Below, piece by piece: positions 40,111 to 50,012 of a DNA stretch of 64,000 nt. The translations under genes were made by a program, and so were the position numbers. The notes under the pieces are model-generated. The model was not told the DNA's origin, did not search any database, and saw only the letters and a program-made list of their open reading frames with translations. Origin of the DNA: Pleomorphomonas sp. (GTDB taxonomy: Bacteria > Pseudomonadota > Alphaproteobacteria > Rhizobiales > Pleomorphomonadaceae); NCBI GenBank assembly GCA_029976075.1, contig JARKNW010000087.1, positions 68,511 through 132,510 of the forward strand. Direction: 5' to 3'. Numbering within the stretch: the stretch's first letter is position 1; each line of letters begins with the position of its first letter.

Positions 40111-40527
40111 ATGATCAACCACGTGATGGTCGGCTCGAACGACATCGAGCGCTCCCGGCGCTTCTATGACGCAGTGCTCGGCACGCTGGGGGCTGGCGCC
40201 GCCTTGCGGCATGTGGCGGACAGCGGTCATGTCAGGCTGTTCTACCGGCACGACGGCGGTTCGTTCTGCGTCAGTGAGCCGATCGACGGTGAGCCGGCGA
40301 GCCCGGCCAACGGCGGCACCGTCGCCTTCCGCTGCGGCTCGCCGGAGGTGGTGCGGGCGTTTCACGATACCGCCGTCGCCGAGGGCGGTCGCTCCATCGA
40401 GGAGCCGCCTGGCGTGCGGGAAAATGGCCTCGTCGGACCGGTCTATCTCGCCTATGTGCGCGACCCCGATGGCAACAAGCTCTGCGCCATTCATCGGATG
40501 GCAGAAGTCGGAGCGGTGAACCCATGA
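40111..40527 (+). CDS. VOC/glyoxalase family protein
   Basis: MINHVMVGSNDIERSRRFYDAVL...YLAYVRDPDGNKLCA. Confidence 0.9.
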   Translation: MINHVMVGSNDIERSRRFYDAVLGTLGAGAALRHVADSGHVRLFYRHDGGSFCVSEPIDGEPASPANGGTVAFRCGSPEVVRAFHDTAVAEGGRSIEEPPGVRENGLVGPVYLAYVRDPDGNKLCAIHRMAEVGAVNP

Positions 40528-41402
40528 GCGATCACGCCAGATCCCTCAAGGCCCGGCCGGGTGTCGGTTTTTCGGCCAGCATCGCCCAGTTCTGCGAGCT
40601 GAGATTCAGCCGCCTGGTGGTCGACCGCCCGTCGCTGATCGTTCTCAGCCATGGCAGCAAGCTGTTGCAATCGCCGCGCGGGCAGTGGACCGTCCGGGGC
40701 GGCGAGGCCGTGGTGCTGGCCGGCGGGCAGACCTTCGACGTCACCAATCGCATGTCGGAGCGCGGCTCCTACGGCGCGCGCTGGCTGGTGTGGGACCCGG
40801 CCGTTCTCGCAAGTTTCGAGAGGAGCGCTCCCGGGGGACCGGCGACCCAAAGCGTGGCGCTGCTCGGCCGGATCGACGAGGCGTTCGCGGCGGCCTTCGA
40901 CCGGGCCATCGAGGCGGTGGGCGACGCGACGCACATTCCCGAGGCGGTGGCCCGGCATCGGGTGACCGAGCTCCTGGTCTGGTTGTCGCTGAAGGGCGTG
41001 CGGATATCCCAGGAGGAGAACCTCAGCCTGACGGCCCGGGTGCGGCGGCTGCTGGAGTCGTCGATTGCCGATCCCTGGACCATCGCCACGATCGCCGACC
41101 GCCTCGCCCTCAGCGAGGCGACGTTGCGCCGGCGTCTGTCGCAGGAAGGGACGACCGTTGGCGATCTCCTGGTCGACGTGCGCATGTCCCAGGCCATGCT
41201 GCTGTTGCAATCGACCGACCAGGCAGTGAACCGCATCGCGCTCGACGTCGGCTACGAGTCGCCCTCGCGCTTCGCCAATCGCTTCCGGGAGCGCTTCGGG
41301 TTTGCGCCAACGGCGATAAGGGGACACGCAAGAGGGGGAAGCGCGGCGCGGGAGGCAAGGCGAAGCGAGGCGCTGCCGGAGGCGACGGGCTTCATGGGGT
41401 GA
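40524..41402 (+). CDS. AraC-family regulator
   Basis: LSEATLRRRL...IALDVGYESPSRFANRFRERFG. Confidence 0.9.
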   Translation: MSDHARSLKARPGVGFSASIAQFCELRFSRLVVDRPSLIVLSHGSKLLQSPRGQWTVRGGEAVVLAGGQTFDVTNRMSERGSYGARWLVWDPAVLASFERSAPGGPATQSVALLGRIDEAFAAAFDRAIEAVGDATHIPEAVARHRVTELLVWLSLKGVRISQEENLSLTARVRRLLESSIADPWTIATIADRLALSEATLRRRLSQEGTTVGDLLVDVRMSQAMLLLQSTDQAVNRIALDVGYESPSRFANRFRERFGFAPTAIRGHARGGSAAREARRSEALPEATGFMG

Positions 41403-41490
41403 GGAACGCCGGCCGGGGCGGCAGTGCCTGTCTCTTGGTGTATCATTCGGGTTCTCAACCCCGCAAACCGACCTTCATCAGGAGATACGG

Positions 41491-42327
41491 GTGAAGATCG
41501 CCGTCGCCCAAACTCTTGTCTCGAAAGATATTTCTGCGAACGCTGTGCGTATACGACAGGTGATGTCCGATGCTGCGGCGCAGGGTGTCAGGCTGATCAG
41601 CTTCTGCGAAGGCGCGCTGTCGGGATACGCCAAGGCGCAGATCGCCACCCCCGACGCATGGCGGTCCTTTGAATGGGACAGGCACGAGATCGAACTGCGG
41701 AGTATCGCGGCCCTCTGCGCCGAGCACGGCATTTTCGCCGTTGTCGGTGGAGCGCACAGGCTGTCGGGAACCGAGCGACCTCACAACAGTCTCTATATCT
41801 TCTCGGACTCGGGTGATCTGCTGACCAGATACGACAAGAGGTTCCTGTCCAATAGCGAGGTCAATGGCTGGTACACGCCAGGTAGCGAGCCGGTCGTATT
41901 TGATGTCGATGGATTTCGCTTCGGCTGCGCGATCTGCATCGAGTCCCAGTTCCCCGAAGTATTCATGGAATACGAGCGGATGGGGGCAGATGTGGTGCTT
42001 TTCTCGTCCTATGGAGTTCCCGAGTCCTATCAGGTTGCGCTCAGGGCGCACGCGGGGTTGAACTGCCTATGGATCAGCGTGGCAACGCCCGCCCAGGAAG
42101 CCCACAAGGGGCCCGCCGGGGTTGTCGGTCCGGATGGACAGTGGGCGGCTCTTTGCGCTGTCTCCAATGATGAGGACTTCGCAACTTCCGTTCTCGATCG
42201 CCACGCCCCTGCCTACGACATCCCGCTCCGGAAAGCGCGTCCGTGGCGGGCCAAGGCCCGCTCGGGCGAGATCTATCGAGAACAGATGGTGGTGGACGAA
42301 AGAAGCCAGAACAGAGGCGGATATTGA
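41491..42327 (+). CDS. carbon-nitrogen hydrolase (nitrilase superfamily), lower GC
   Basis: E-K-C triad: FCEGALSGY, YDKRF, AICIESQFPE. Confidence 0.88.
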   Translation: MKIAVAQTLVSKDISANAVRIRQVMSDAAAQGVRLISFCEGALSGYAKAQIATPDAWRSFEWDRHEIELRSIAALCAEHGIFAVVGGAHRLSGTERPHNSLYIFSDSGDLLTRYDKRFLSNSEVNGWYTPGSEPVVFDVDGFRFGCAICIESQFPEVFMEYERMGADVVLFSSYGVPESYQVALRAHAGLNCLWISVATPAQEAHKGPAGVVGPDGQWAALCAVSNDEDFATSVLDRHAPAYDIPLRKARPWRAKARSGEIYREQMVVDERSQNRGGY

Positions 42328-42342
42328 TCCCGACAGCCATTT

Positions 42343-42425
42343 GTCGCCGTCGCACTTCGCCAACCGATTTTGGGAGCGGTTTGGCATTCCGCCAACGGCG
42401 ATCCGGGGCGCGCGCGAGGGGGGGA
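42343..42425 (+). pseudogene. diverged duplicate of the araC 3' end (copy of ~41258-41340)
   Basis: Encodes SPSHFANRFWERFGIPPTAIRG versus SPSRFANRFRERFGFAPTAIRG in the intact gene. Confidence 0.85.
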
Positions 42426-42570
42426 GGCAACGCGGAGCGAGGCACTCGGCATTCGGACGTCAATGGAGCTTAAGCTTAGGTCTACCTTCGTTGTTAAAGC
42501 GCGCAACTCCTGATAGACGCGGGCTTGGGATCGGACGTAGGTTTGTTTTTGATCAGAGTTGGGGGATGCC

Positions 42571-42864
42571 TTGAAAATCTCGTTACGTGCGTGCGTTGTC
42601 GCTGTTGCTGCCATGACTCTTGCGGGTTGCGTTGCCTCGCGGGAAAAGATGATGAACCTTGAGCCGGGCATGAGCAAAGAGCAGGTTGTGAAGATTCTTG
42701 GGCAGCCAGATAGCGGCAGGTTACGGAACGGCGAGAACTGCCTGATGTATTCGATGTGGAGAGATTTCTGGAACAGGCGACCGGGTGATTATTCAGACAG
42801 GTATTATGCCTGCTTCACGAACAATAAGTTGACGAGCTATGGTAAAGTAGGGGATGATTTCTGA
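42571..42864 (+). CDS. small lipoprotein, SmpA/OmlA(BamE)-like domain, low GC
   Basis: LAGC lipobox; LEPGMSKEQVVKILGQPD. Confidence 0.75.
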   Translation: MKISLRACVVAVAAMTLAGCVASREKMMNLEPGMSKEQVVKILGQPDSGRLRNGENCLMYSMWRDFWNRRPGDYSDRYYACFTNNKLTSYGKVGDDF

Positions 42865-42905
42865 TTAATTATTATTTTCGATCGTGTGTTTTTAGGTGAT
42901 ATATC

Positions 42906-43289
42906 ATGTGTTCTGAACCTCGTGTTGCTGGCGTTTCGGATTTATATCAGTATATAGAGCTTGGTCCTGATGGAGAAATTCGTCCTATTGATTCAGATTC
43001 GTTAGACTATTTTGTGTTTTTTCATTACGCCTCGGATAAGTACACGAGCTTACTTCCCGGAAGTTATCTGACCTCAGTCAAGGCTTGTTCGAGAAGAACT
43101 ATATATGCGGCAACCAAAGTCGCAATGGGTAAATCCTGTTATGGTCATGAAGTTCACGTGGAGAAGTCGGCTGTAGAGCGCCTTGTTAGTCTGTGTGATG
43201 GATATGTAAGGGGCGAATTTGGATGTTACTGCGAATATAGATCGCTAACAGCGCTGAAGGTGAGTTCGACGTTTCAGATAATAGGCTGA
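42906..43289 (+). CDS. low-GC hypothetical protein
   Basis: 127-aa ORF in AT-rich DNA; no motif recognised. Confidence 0.4.
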   Translation: MCSEPRVAGVSDLYQYIELGPDGEIRPIDSDSLDYFVFFHYASDKYTSLLPGSYLTSVKACSRRTIYAATKVAMGKSCYGHEVHVEKSAVERLVSLCDGYVRGEFGCYCEYRSLTALKVSSTFQIIG

Positions 43290-43360
43290 GTTTAATTCGG
43301 ACGAAAGAGCTAAGTTTGGCACGTTGCACGCTTTATCAAGACTCAGAATTGGCGGGGTGA

Positions 43361-45151
43361 CTACGAATCCGTTTGGCCCGGCCCGGCTGTAGTCGGCTTT
43401 TGGGATATAAGCAGAGGCTTGAGCAGAGGCTCTCGCCCCCGCCCGAACCAGAAATCGAGTTCGCGCAGGCGGCGCTTGTCGTAAGGGGAGGCGGGATCGG
43501 CGATCTGCCACTTGTCGTCGTTGGCAAGGCCGGACCAGCTCGGCTTGCCGTCCTGCTTCTCAACCGATTGGCGCCAGCGATACTGGGCGTAGATCTCCAT
43601 GATCTTGCCGGCATATTGGCTGGCCAGCGCGCCGTTGCCCTCGATGATCAGCAAGTTCTCGTCGTTGACGCCGCTCGCCTTGGGGCCGAGGTTGTGCGAG
43701 CCGGTAATCACCACGGGGTGCTCGCCGTAGGGGTCGATCACCACCACCTTGCTGTGCACCATGGCGTGCGAGCGCGGCAGCTTCAGCAGTTCCTTCTTCC
43801 AGTACTTGAGAGCGCCGGGGATGGCGGCCGGCAGCACCACGTCGGCGTTGGCCTCGATGCGCTCGCCGCGATTGAACAGCACCACGGGGTTCTTGTCGGT
43901 GCCGGGGTTCTGGTTGACGACGCCCTGGATATAGAGGTCCGGCTTGTAGTTGGTACTGCCGGGCGAGGCGAGCTCGATGATGTCGTTGAGGAGCGTGCCG
44001 CGCGGGCCGGGATTGAACATCAGGAACAGGATGCCGTCCCTGGCGGCGGCGATCAGCTCGCCGGCCTGATCGAGGTCGAGGCCGCCACGCAGCGGCGTGA
44101 ACCACAGCGTGGTGCGCTTGCCGACCTTGCGGGGCGTGCCGTTGGCGGTGACCAGCGCATTGGGCGTGGCATTGCCGGCATCGGAGAGGGCGTGCCACTG
44201 GTCGAGGTAGAAGCCGGCGAGCTCGGCGTTGCGGATCAGCACGGCGTTGTTGGCCTGGGTGCAGAGGCCGGTCGTCGTCCAGTTGGTGCTGCCGGTCCAC
44301 ACGGCCTCCGGCGTCTTGTCGGCGTCGCAGATCACCAGGAACTTGTTGTGGGCGAGCGTCCGTGGCGCGGTCATCCGGTCGCGGATGTCGCAGCCGTTGA
44401 GGGCGATGCGGGCCTCGGCGTTCTCGTCCTCGCCCTTGGTCTTGACGCTGCCGTTGCCGAGCACGATGTGTGCCCGCTTCTTCAGCGCCTTGAGAAGGGG
44501 AACGAGTTCCGGGTCGTTGAGTTCGAACAGGGCGGCGTAGACATGCGCCTTGGTACAGGCCGCCTCGGTGAGGAGGCGCAGCAGTTCGTCGCGGATGGGG
44601 CCGGCGAGGAACTGGCGGATGCGGCTCTCCGGACTGGCGATTTCCTTCTCGAGCTTCTGCGACGGCTGTTCGTCGGGCAACAGGCGGGCGAGCCACTGGC
44701 TGGCCACCAGGCCGCGATTGAAGAAGGCGGCGGCGTGGCCCTCGGTCTCGGCGCCGATGGCGACGGAGGCGCTCCAGCCGGAGGCCTCGGCTTCCGCCTC
44801 GGTCAGCGCCGTTTCCGGCCCGACCATGGGGATCACGCGATAGGCCACCTCGTCGCCGGCATTCACCGCGAAGTCCGACCAGAGATACTTCTGGATCGGC
44901 CATTCGGTGGTGGGTCGGCGCGTGCCCTCGGCCACCTCCGGCCCGTCGGCAAAGCCGACCCAGCTCGCCACGATCTCCTCGCGGAAGCCGTCGTCGCCGG
45001 CGTCGCGAACCGTGTTGGGGCTGGCGGCGCTGCCCGCTGCCCGCCGGATGCGGCGACGCAAGGCAAAGCCCCTGCAGTCGGCGATGAACGGAGCCCGCCA
45101 GGCGATGAAGGCGCTATCGACGCCCGGATGAACGACGAGTTCGATGCCCAT
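43361..45151 (-). CDS. phospholipase D superfamily protein (two HKD motifs)
   Basis: HNKFLVICD...WTGSTNWT and HSKVVVID...TGSHNLG..AS..NDEN; GGAGGG RBS. Confidence 0.9.
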   Translation of the reverse strand: MGIELVVHPGVDSAFIAWRAPFIADCRGFALRRRIRRAAGSAASPNTVRDAGDDGFREEIVASWVGFADGPEVAEGTRRPTTEWPIQKYLWSDFAVNAGDEVAYRVIPMVGPETALTEAEAEASGWSASVAIGAETEGHAAAFFNRGLVASQWLARLLPDEQPSQKLEKEIASPESRIRQFLAGPIRDELLRLLTEAACTKAHVYAALFELNDPELVPLLKALKKRAHIVLGNGSVKTKGEDENAEARIALNGCDIRDRMTAPRTLAHNKFLVICDADKTPEAVWTGSTNWTTTGLCTQANNAVLIRNAELAGFYLDQWHALSDAGNATPNALVTANGTPRKVGKRTTLWFTPLRGGLDLDQAGELIAAARDGILFLMFNPGPRGTLLNDIIELASPGSTNYKPDLYIQGVVNQNPGTDKNPVVLFNRGERIEANADVVLPAAIPGALKYWKKELLKLPRSHAMVHSKVVVIDPYGEHPVVITGSHNLGPKASGVNDENLLIIEGNGALASQYAGKIMEIYAQYRWRQSVEKQDGKPSWSGLANDDKWQIADPASPYDKRRLRELDFWFGRGREPLLKPLLISQKPTTAGPGQTDS

Positions 45152-45287
45152 GATGCCCTCCGCTGACGCGCAATCGGTTCGGGCGGCTCGAAGAAGCGAT
45201 GAGGAGAACGCTCGATGACGCGCGCAGATCCTTAGGATGCGGGATTATACGCCGCGTTCATGACAATCGGAACGGAGCCTCTGCCCG

Positions 45288-47630
45288 CTACGGCCGCGGG
45301 GCGCCGGCCACCAGAAGCAGAGGGAGATCGTCGCAGCTTTCATCGGCGAGGCGCTGCGCCTGTTCGGGCGACAGCGGGCGGCCGAGCAGATAGCCCTGAA
45401 GGTGGCTGCAGCCGGATTCGCTCAGGATGGCTGCCTGCACGTCCGTTTCCACCCCCTCGGCGGTGCACCTGAGGCCGAGGGCGGAGGCGAGCGCCAGGAT
45501 GGCCTGGACGATGCCCTGGTTCGACGACCGGTCGACCAGTCCCTCGACGAAGCAGCGGTCGATCTTGATGCGGTCGATCCTGAAGTCGGTGAGGTAGCGC
45601 AGCGAGGAGTAGCCGGTGCCGAAGTCGTCGAGGGCGATGCGGATGCGCGAGCTGCGGAAGTTGCCGAGGATCGCCTGCACCTCGCGCTCCTTGTGCAGGA
45701 GCGTCGACTCGGTGATCTCCAGTTCCAGGCGTTCGGAAGGCAGGCCGGAGTTCTGAAGCGCGCGGTAGACCTGCGCTTCCACCGCGCTGTCGCGGAACTG
45801 GATCGGCGACAGGTTGATGGAGACGAACAGCGATTGCGGCCAGCGGGCGGCGTCCGCGCAGGCCCGCTCCAGTACCCAGGCCCCCAGGCGGACGATCAGG
45901 CCGGTTTCCTCGGCCACCGGAATGAACACGTCCGGCGGAACCTCGCCGCGCTCGGGGTGCTTCCAGCGCAAGAGGGCCTCGAAGCCGGCGAGGCGGCGGC
46001 TTCCCGCCTCGAAGATCGGCTGGTAGGCGATGTGGAACTGCTGATCGCTCCAGGCTTCCTCGAGATCGGTGTGCAGCTTGCGATGGGATTCGGCGATGCT
46101 GGCCAGCTCGGCCGAGAAGATGCGGGCGGTGCCGCGGCCGTCGGCCTTGGCCTTGAACAGGGCGAGGTCGGCATTCTTCAAGAGGGTGACGAGGTCGCGC
46201 CCGTCGCGCGGGCTGATGGCGCCGCCGATGGAGTTGGTGATGACGAGCTGGTGGCCGTCGATCAGGAAGGGTCGCTTGATGATCGACACGATGGCGCCGG
46301 CGAACCGCAGGGCGTCGGCCTCGTTGACGATCTCCATGCGAAGGATGGCGAATTCGTCGCCGCCGAGGCGGGCGATCCGGCTGTCGTTGCCGAGGGCGCC
46401 GGTGAGCCTGGCGGCGACGGCGGCCAGGAGCTTGTCGCCGACGTCGTGGCCCAGCGTGTCGTTGATGGTCTTGAAGTAGTCGAGGTCGATGAAATAGAGG
46501 GCGAACGGCGGGTCCGTTTCGTCGCGTTCCAGGGCCTCCAGCCACTCGACGAGGCGTAGCCGGTTGGCGAGGCCGGTCATCATGTCGGTCCGCGCCTGAT
46601 TGTGTTGCAGGGCGGACTGCCGCCGGTCCCGCCGGAGCTGGCGGCTCCACAGGGCCGTGATGATGACGATGATGGCGCAGATCACCAGCGAGGTGGCCAG
46701 GATCGGCATGCGTGTCGTCCGGACCTCGTCGTCGACGGTCTTGGCGGCGACGCTGACGACGATGGATGCCGGGTAGTTGGCGAGGCGACGGACGGCGGTG
46801 TAGCGCTCCTTGTCGTCGAGCACGCCCCCGGAGATCAGCCCGCCGCTGATCGGCAGGCCGAACAGGGTCTTGGTGTCGTATTTGGGCGGATGCCGCGTTG
46901 CCTGGGGCTCGTCGGGAACCGGCGGCGGCGGCGACTGGGCCATGATGGTGCCGTCGTCGAGGATGAAGCTGACGAGACTGTCGGCGCCGACATCGATGCG
47001 CGACAGGCGGGTCGAGAAGTAGGCCTGGGCCGACGAGGCGTTGACGGTGCCGAGGAACTCGCCTGTCGAGTTGGTCAGGCGGTGGGCGAGCACCAGGGTG
47101 GGGCGGGCGGCGATCTTGCCGACCACCGGTGGGCTGAGATAGGTCGGCTCGCCGGTCATGGCCTTCAGCGCCTGGAAATATCCCCGGTCGCTGAAGTCGA
47201 AGAAGGGTACCGGCCAGACGCGCGTGCTGGCCAGGACGCGCCCCGTTTGGTCGACCACCGTGAGCGCATCGAGAAAGGCCAGGGCGGAAATGCGCGTGCG
47301 CAGCATGTCGTTGGACTGGCGGGTGCCCATCTCGGCGGCCAGCTCGTCCTTGTCCTCGATCCGTCTGGCATGGACGAAGTCGGATACGCCGATCAGCACC
47401 AGTTCCATGGCCTGGAAGGAGTGGTTGATCTCGTCGGTCATGACCTCGGCGATGTTTGCCTCGATCTTGAGCTGCTTTTCGATCGCCACGGCTCTCAGCT
47501 TCGAGCTCATGGAGATCGTGGAAATCACGATGAACAGGATCAAAAGCACATCGATCATCAGAACGGCGATTTCGATGCGCGAAATCGCTCGGTAGGCAGA
47601 CACGGGTTCTGTTTTATTTATGAGACGCAA
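45288..47630 (-). CDS. membrane dCache-GGDEF-EAL c-di-GMP enzyme
   Basis: Two TMs flanking a Cache domain (DFSDRGYFQ); RLGGDEF; FEALLRW, DDFGTGYSS. Confidence 0.93.
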   Translation of the reverse strand: MRLINKTEPVSAYRAISRIEIAVLMIDVLLILFIVISTISMSSKLRAVAIEKQLKIEANIAEVMTDEINHSFQAMELVLIGVSDFVHARRIEDKDELAAEMGTRQSNDMLRTRISALAFLDALTVVDQTGRVLASTRVWPVPFFDFSDRGYFQALKAMTGEPTYLSPPVVGKIAARPTLVLAHRLTNSTGEFLGTVNASSAQAYFSTRLSRIDVGADSLVSFILDDGTIMAQSPPPPVPDEPQATRHPPKYDTKTLFGLPISGGLISGGVLDDKERYTAVRRLANYPASIVVSVAAKTVDDEVRTTRMPILATSLVICAIIVIITALWSRQLRRDRRQSALQHNQARTDMMTGLANRLRLVEWLEALERDETDPPFALYFIDLDYFKTINDTLGHDVGDKLLAAVAARLTGALGNDSRIARLGGDEFAILRMEIVNEADALRFAGAIVSIIKRPFLIDGHQLVITNSIGGAISPRDGRDLVTLLKNADLALFKAKADGRGTARIFSAELASIAESHRKLHTDLEEAWSDQQFHIAYQPIFEAGSRRLAGFEALLRWKHPERGEVPPDVFIPVAEETGLIVRLGAWVLERACADAARWPQSLFVSINLSPIQFRDSAVEAQVYRALQNSGLPSERLELEITESTLLHKEREVQAILGNFRSSRIRIALDDFGTGYSSLRYLTDFRIDRIKIDRCFVEGLVDRSSNQGIVQAILALASALGLRCTAEGVETDVQAAILSESGCSHLQGYLLGRPLSPEQAQRLADESCDDLPLLLVAGAPRP

Positions 47631-48046
47631 TTATATTCATGCCTCATAGATCGATATGTCTTTATCCGTCGGCGCGCGGCAGCTGCCAAAAAGCCAACCG
47701 CAAGCGCTTTATCTCTGCTCCAATATCCATGGGACGTACACCATCGATTTTCACGCGGCCTCTCCCTGGCCGATCGAGATGCACGGGAAACGCTCCTACC
47801 CAAATCTAGTGTATTTCTGCGAGCGTAAAAAATTCGTGCAATATAAGATGACATTGACTGGCTATTGTTATTTGTAACTATTTCCCGATTGTTTCTTTCC
47901 GTTGAACCATCCAGATTCGCCAATAGCTTAGGTGATCGCGACTTCCAGATCGCCGGCAAGGCAAAACGCCCGGGGGAAGGGCGATTTCCCCGGACGCATG
48001 GATCGGATCTCCTGGGACGGGATGGCGACGGTTGGCGCCGGCCCCA

Positions 48047-48253
48047 TTACTGCATGGTGCCGGCGCGGGCGTTCTGGTCGGAGACGACAGGGAAGCCGGC
48101 CTTCTTCAGCTCGGCGCGCGCCTCCTGGCCGGCCATCGAGAGCAGGTAGGCGAGGAAGGGCAGGTCGGAACGCTGGGCCTGCTGGGCCATCTGCTCGGAC
48201 AGCGTTGCGATGTGGTGGAGCGTCTCGACGGGTGTTCGGGGGAGATTTGACAT
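48047..48253 (-). CDS. small hypothetical protein
   Basis: 68 aa with LPFLAYLLSMA..EA motif typical of small rhizobial proteins; GGAG RBS. Confidence 0.65.
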   Translation of the reverse strand: MSNLPRTPVETLHHIATLSEQMAQQAQRSDLPFLAYLLSMAGQEARAELKKAGFPVVSDQNARAGTMQ

Positions 48254-48413
48254 CTCGGATCTCCAGTTCGTCCACGGCGCAGCGCTGCCACCCGTGGGAG
48301 CCAATATCAACTGCCAGTGGCGTCGAGCGGTTCCCTCCGAACGCGGAAACGTGATCGGAGGCGGTGGGCAGGGGGAGGTGATTGACGGGAACCGGCGTTC
48401 TGGGGATCCTCGC

Positions 48414-48628
48414 CTAGAGCATTCGCCCACCAAAATGAAACATTTGGTCGGCGAATGCTCCGGGGTTATTTGCTGGAGCAGCCGCTTTTAGATCAGTTTG
48501 ATTCAACCTGATCGGCGTGTGCTCTAGAGAACTTCCGGCGAACGCCGGTTCTTCTGAACTGCTCCACCTCTTTGCTTCCTAGCAACCTTAGGCGCAAAGC
48601 CGGTTTCCACCTTTGCTGAAGCTGCCCT
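48414..48628. repeat. cluster of RIME-like and family C palindromes
   Basis: CTAGAGCATTCGCC...GGCGAATGCTC; GGAGCA...TGCTCTAG; GCGCAAAGCCGGTTTCCACCTTTGC. Confidence 0.6.
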
Positions 48629-48649
48629 GGCATGCGACCGGAGACCCCC

Positions 48650-49243
48650 ATGGACGCCACGCCGCTCTATCTCCTGACGTCGCTCGCCCTGGTCGGCAGC
48701 CCCGGTCCCAACACCATGAGCCTCACGGCGGTTGGTGCCGCCTTCGGCCCGCGCCGGGGCGTGCCCTACATGCTGGGGCTCGATCTCGGCATGGTGGCGG
48801 TGGTGGCGCTGGTGGGGTCGGGCCTCTGGGCGGCGGTCCTTGCCTATCCCGGCATCGCGCCGGCGATCGCGGTGGCGGCCAGCGCCTATCTGCTCTACCT
48901 CGCCTTCAGGATCGCCACGGCGCCGACGATGTCGCGAAGCGACGCGCCGGGCCGAGCCCCGGGGATCTGGCCTGGGGTCCTGTTGTCGCTCACCAATCCC
49001 AAGGCCTACGTTTCGGTGGCAGCGGTGGTATCGCGCTACACCCTGTTGCCGGGGCGGCCGGTGGCCGACGAGCTCCTGAAGGGCGGGCTGTTCCTCGCAC
49101 TGGTGGTGATCGTCAACGTGCTGTGGCTCGGCGCCGGATCACTGCTCGCCCGCGCGGTGATCAATCCCCGGGTGGGGAGGCTGGTGAACCTGACGTTCGC
49201 GGCGGTGCTGGTGGTTTCGGTGGCGGCGGCGTTTTGGGGGTAG
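48650..49243 (+). CDS. LysE/RhtB family exporter
   Basis: GSPGPNT, YLLYLAFRIA, LTNPKAY. Confidence 0.9.
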   Translation: MDATPLYLLTSLALVGSPGPNTMSLTAVGAAFGPRRGVPYMLGLDLGMVAVVALVGSGLWAAVLAYPGIAPAIAVAASAYLLYLAFRIATAPTMSRSDAPGRAPGIWPGVLLSLTNPKAYVSVAAVVSRYTLLPGRPVADELLKGGLFLALVVIVNVLWLGAGSLLARAVINPRVGRLVNLTFAAVLVVSVAAAFWG

Positions 49244-49307
49244 GGACGGCGGTGATTTTTTGTATCACGTATATTGCGGCAATGATTATTCGTGATACAT
49301 TAATTCA

Positions 49308-49589
49308 ATGAAGATCACCTGCGATCCCGGCAAGCGGGCCGACACCCTCAGAGAACGCCGGCTCGATTTCTTCGATGCGGCCACGGTATTTGCGGGAAAG
49401 ACCCTGACACTCGAGGACGATCGCTTCGATTATGGCGAGACGCGCTATCAAACCTATGGGTTGCTGGATGAGCGGGCTGTCATGATCGTTTGGACACCGC
49501 GAGGTGACGCAAGGCACATCATTTCCATGAGGCACTGCCATGACAAAGAAACCCGAAAAATACGAGAGCGCCTGGGTGGATCCGGATGA
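49308..49589 (+). CDS. brnT: BrnT toxin
   Basis: DPGK...RLDFFDA..VF...DDRFDYGETR...VWTPRGDARHIISMR. Confidence 0.9.
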   Translation: MKITCDPGKRADTLRERRLDFFDAATVFAGKTLTLEDDRFDYGETRYQTYGLLDERAVMIVWTPRGDARHIISMRHCHDKETRKIRERLGGSG

Positions 49590-49836
49590 CGCACCCGAGT
49601 GGTCCGACGACGCGTTCGACCGAGCCGAAGTTGCCGTTGGTGGCGAAGTGATCAAGCCGGCCGAAGGCACCCTGATGCGCCGCCGGGGCAGGCCGAAACT
49701 CGATGCACCGAAGCGTCAGGTTTCCGTCCGTCTCGATCCCGATGTCTTGCAGGGCTTGCGTGGCCTCGGTGCCGGCTGGCAGGGTGAAATGAACCGCGCC
49801 CTTCGCGAGTGGCTTGAACGGCGCCGCCGGGCCTGA
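49540..49836 (+). CDS. brnA: BrnA antitoxin
   Basis: DDAPEW...RGRPKLDAPKRQVSVRLDPDVL...GWQGEMNRALR. Confidence 0.9.
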   Translation: MTKKPEKYESAWVDPDDAPEWSDDAFDRAEVAVGGEVIKPAEGTLMRRRGRPKLDAPKRQVSVRLDPDVLQGLRGLGAGWQGEMNRALREWLERRRRA

Positions 49837-50012
49837 GATTCATTGGGCTGTGCGGCGGCTTAGCGGCGTTTTATGACGTGGTGTCCTGTGTGGGCCGATC
49901 ACTCCATCCTGCCTGAGGTCCACCTTGAACTCACACGTGAGATCGAGCGGCTTTTGCTAGGGGGGAGATTTATATATGCGTTTCAGTAACTTGATGGCGC
50001 GCACCATCTTCC

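Noticed and set aside
43317-43332. TGGCAC-N-GC sigma54-like site
   Set aside because: Poor -12 element and points antisense into the PLD 3' end
42571-45151. PLD effector with lipoprotein immunity gene
   Set aside because: Genes are convergent, differ in GC, and no T6SS/VgrG genes are present
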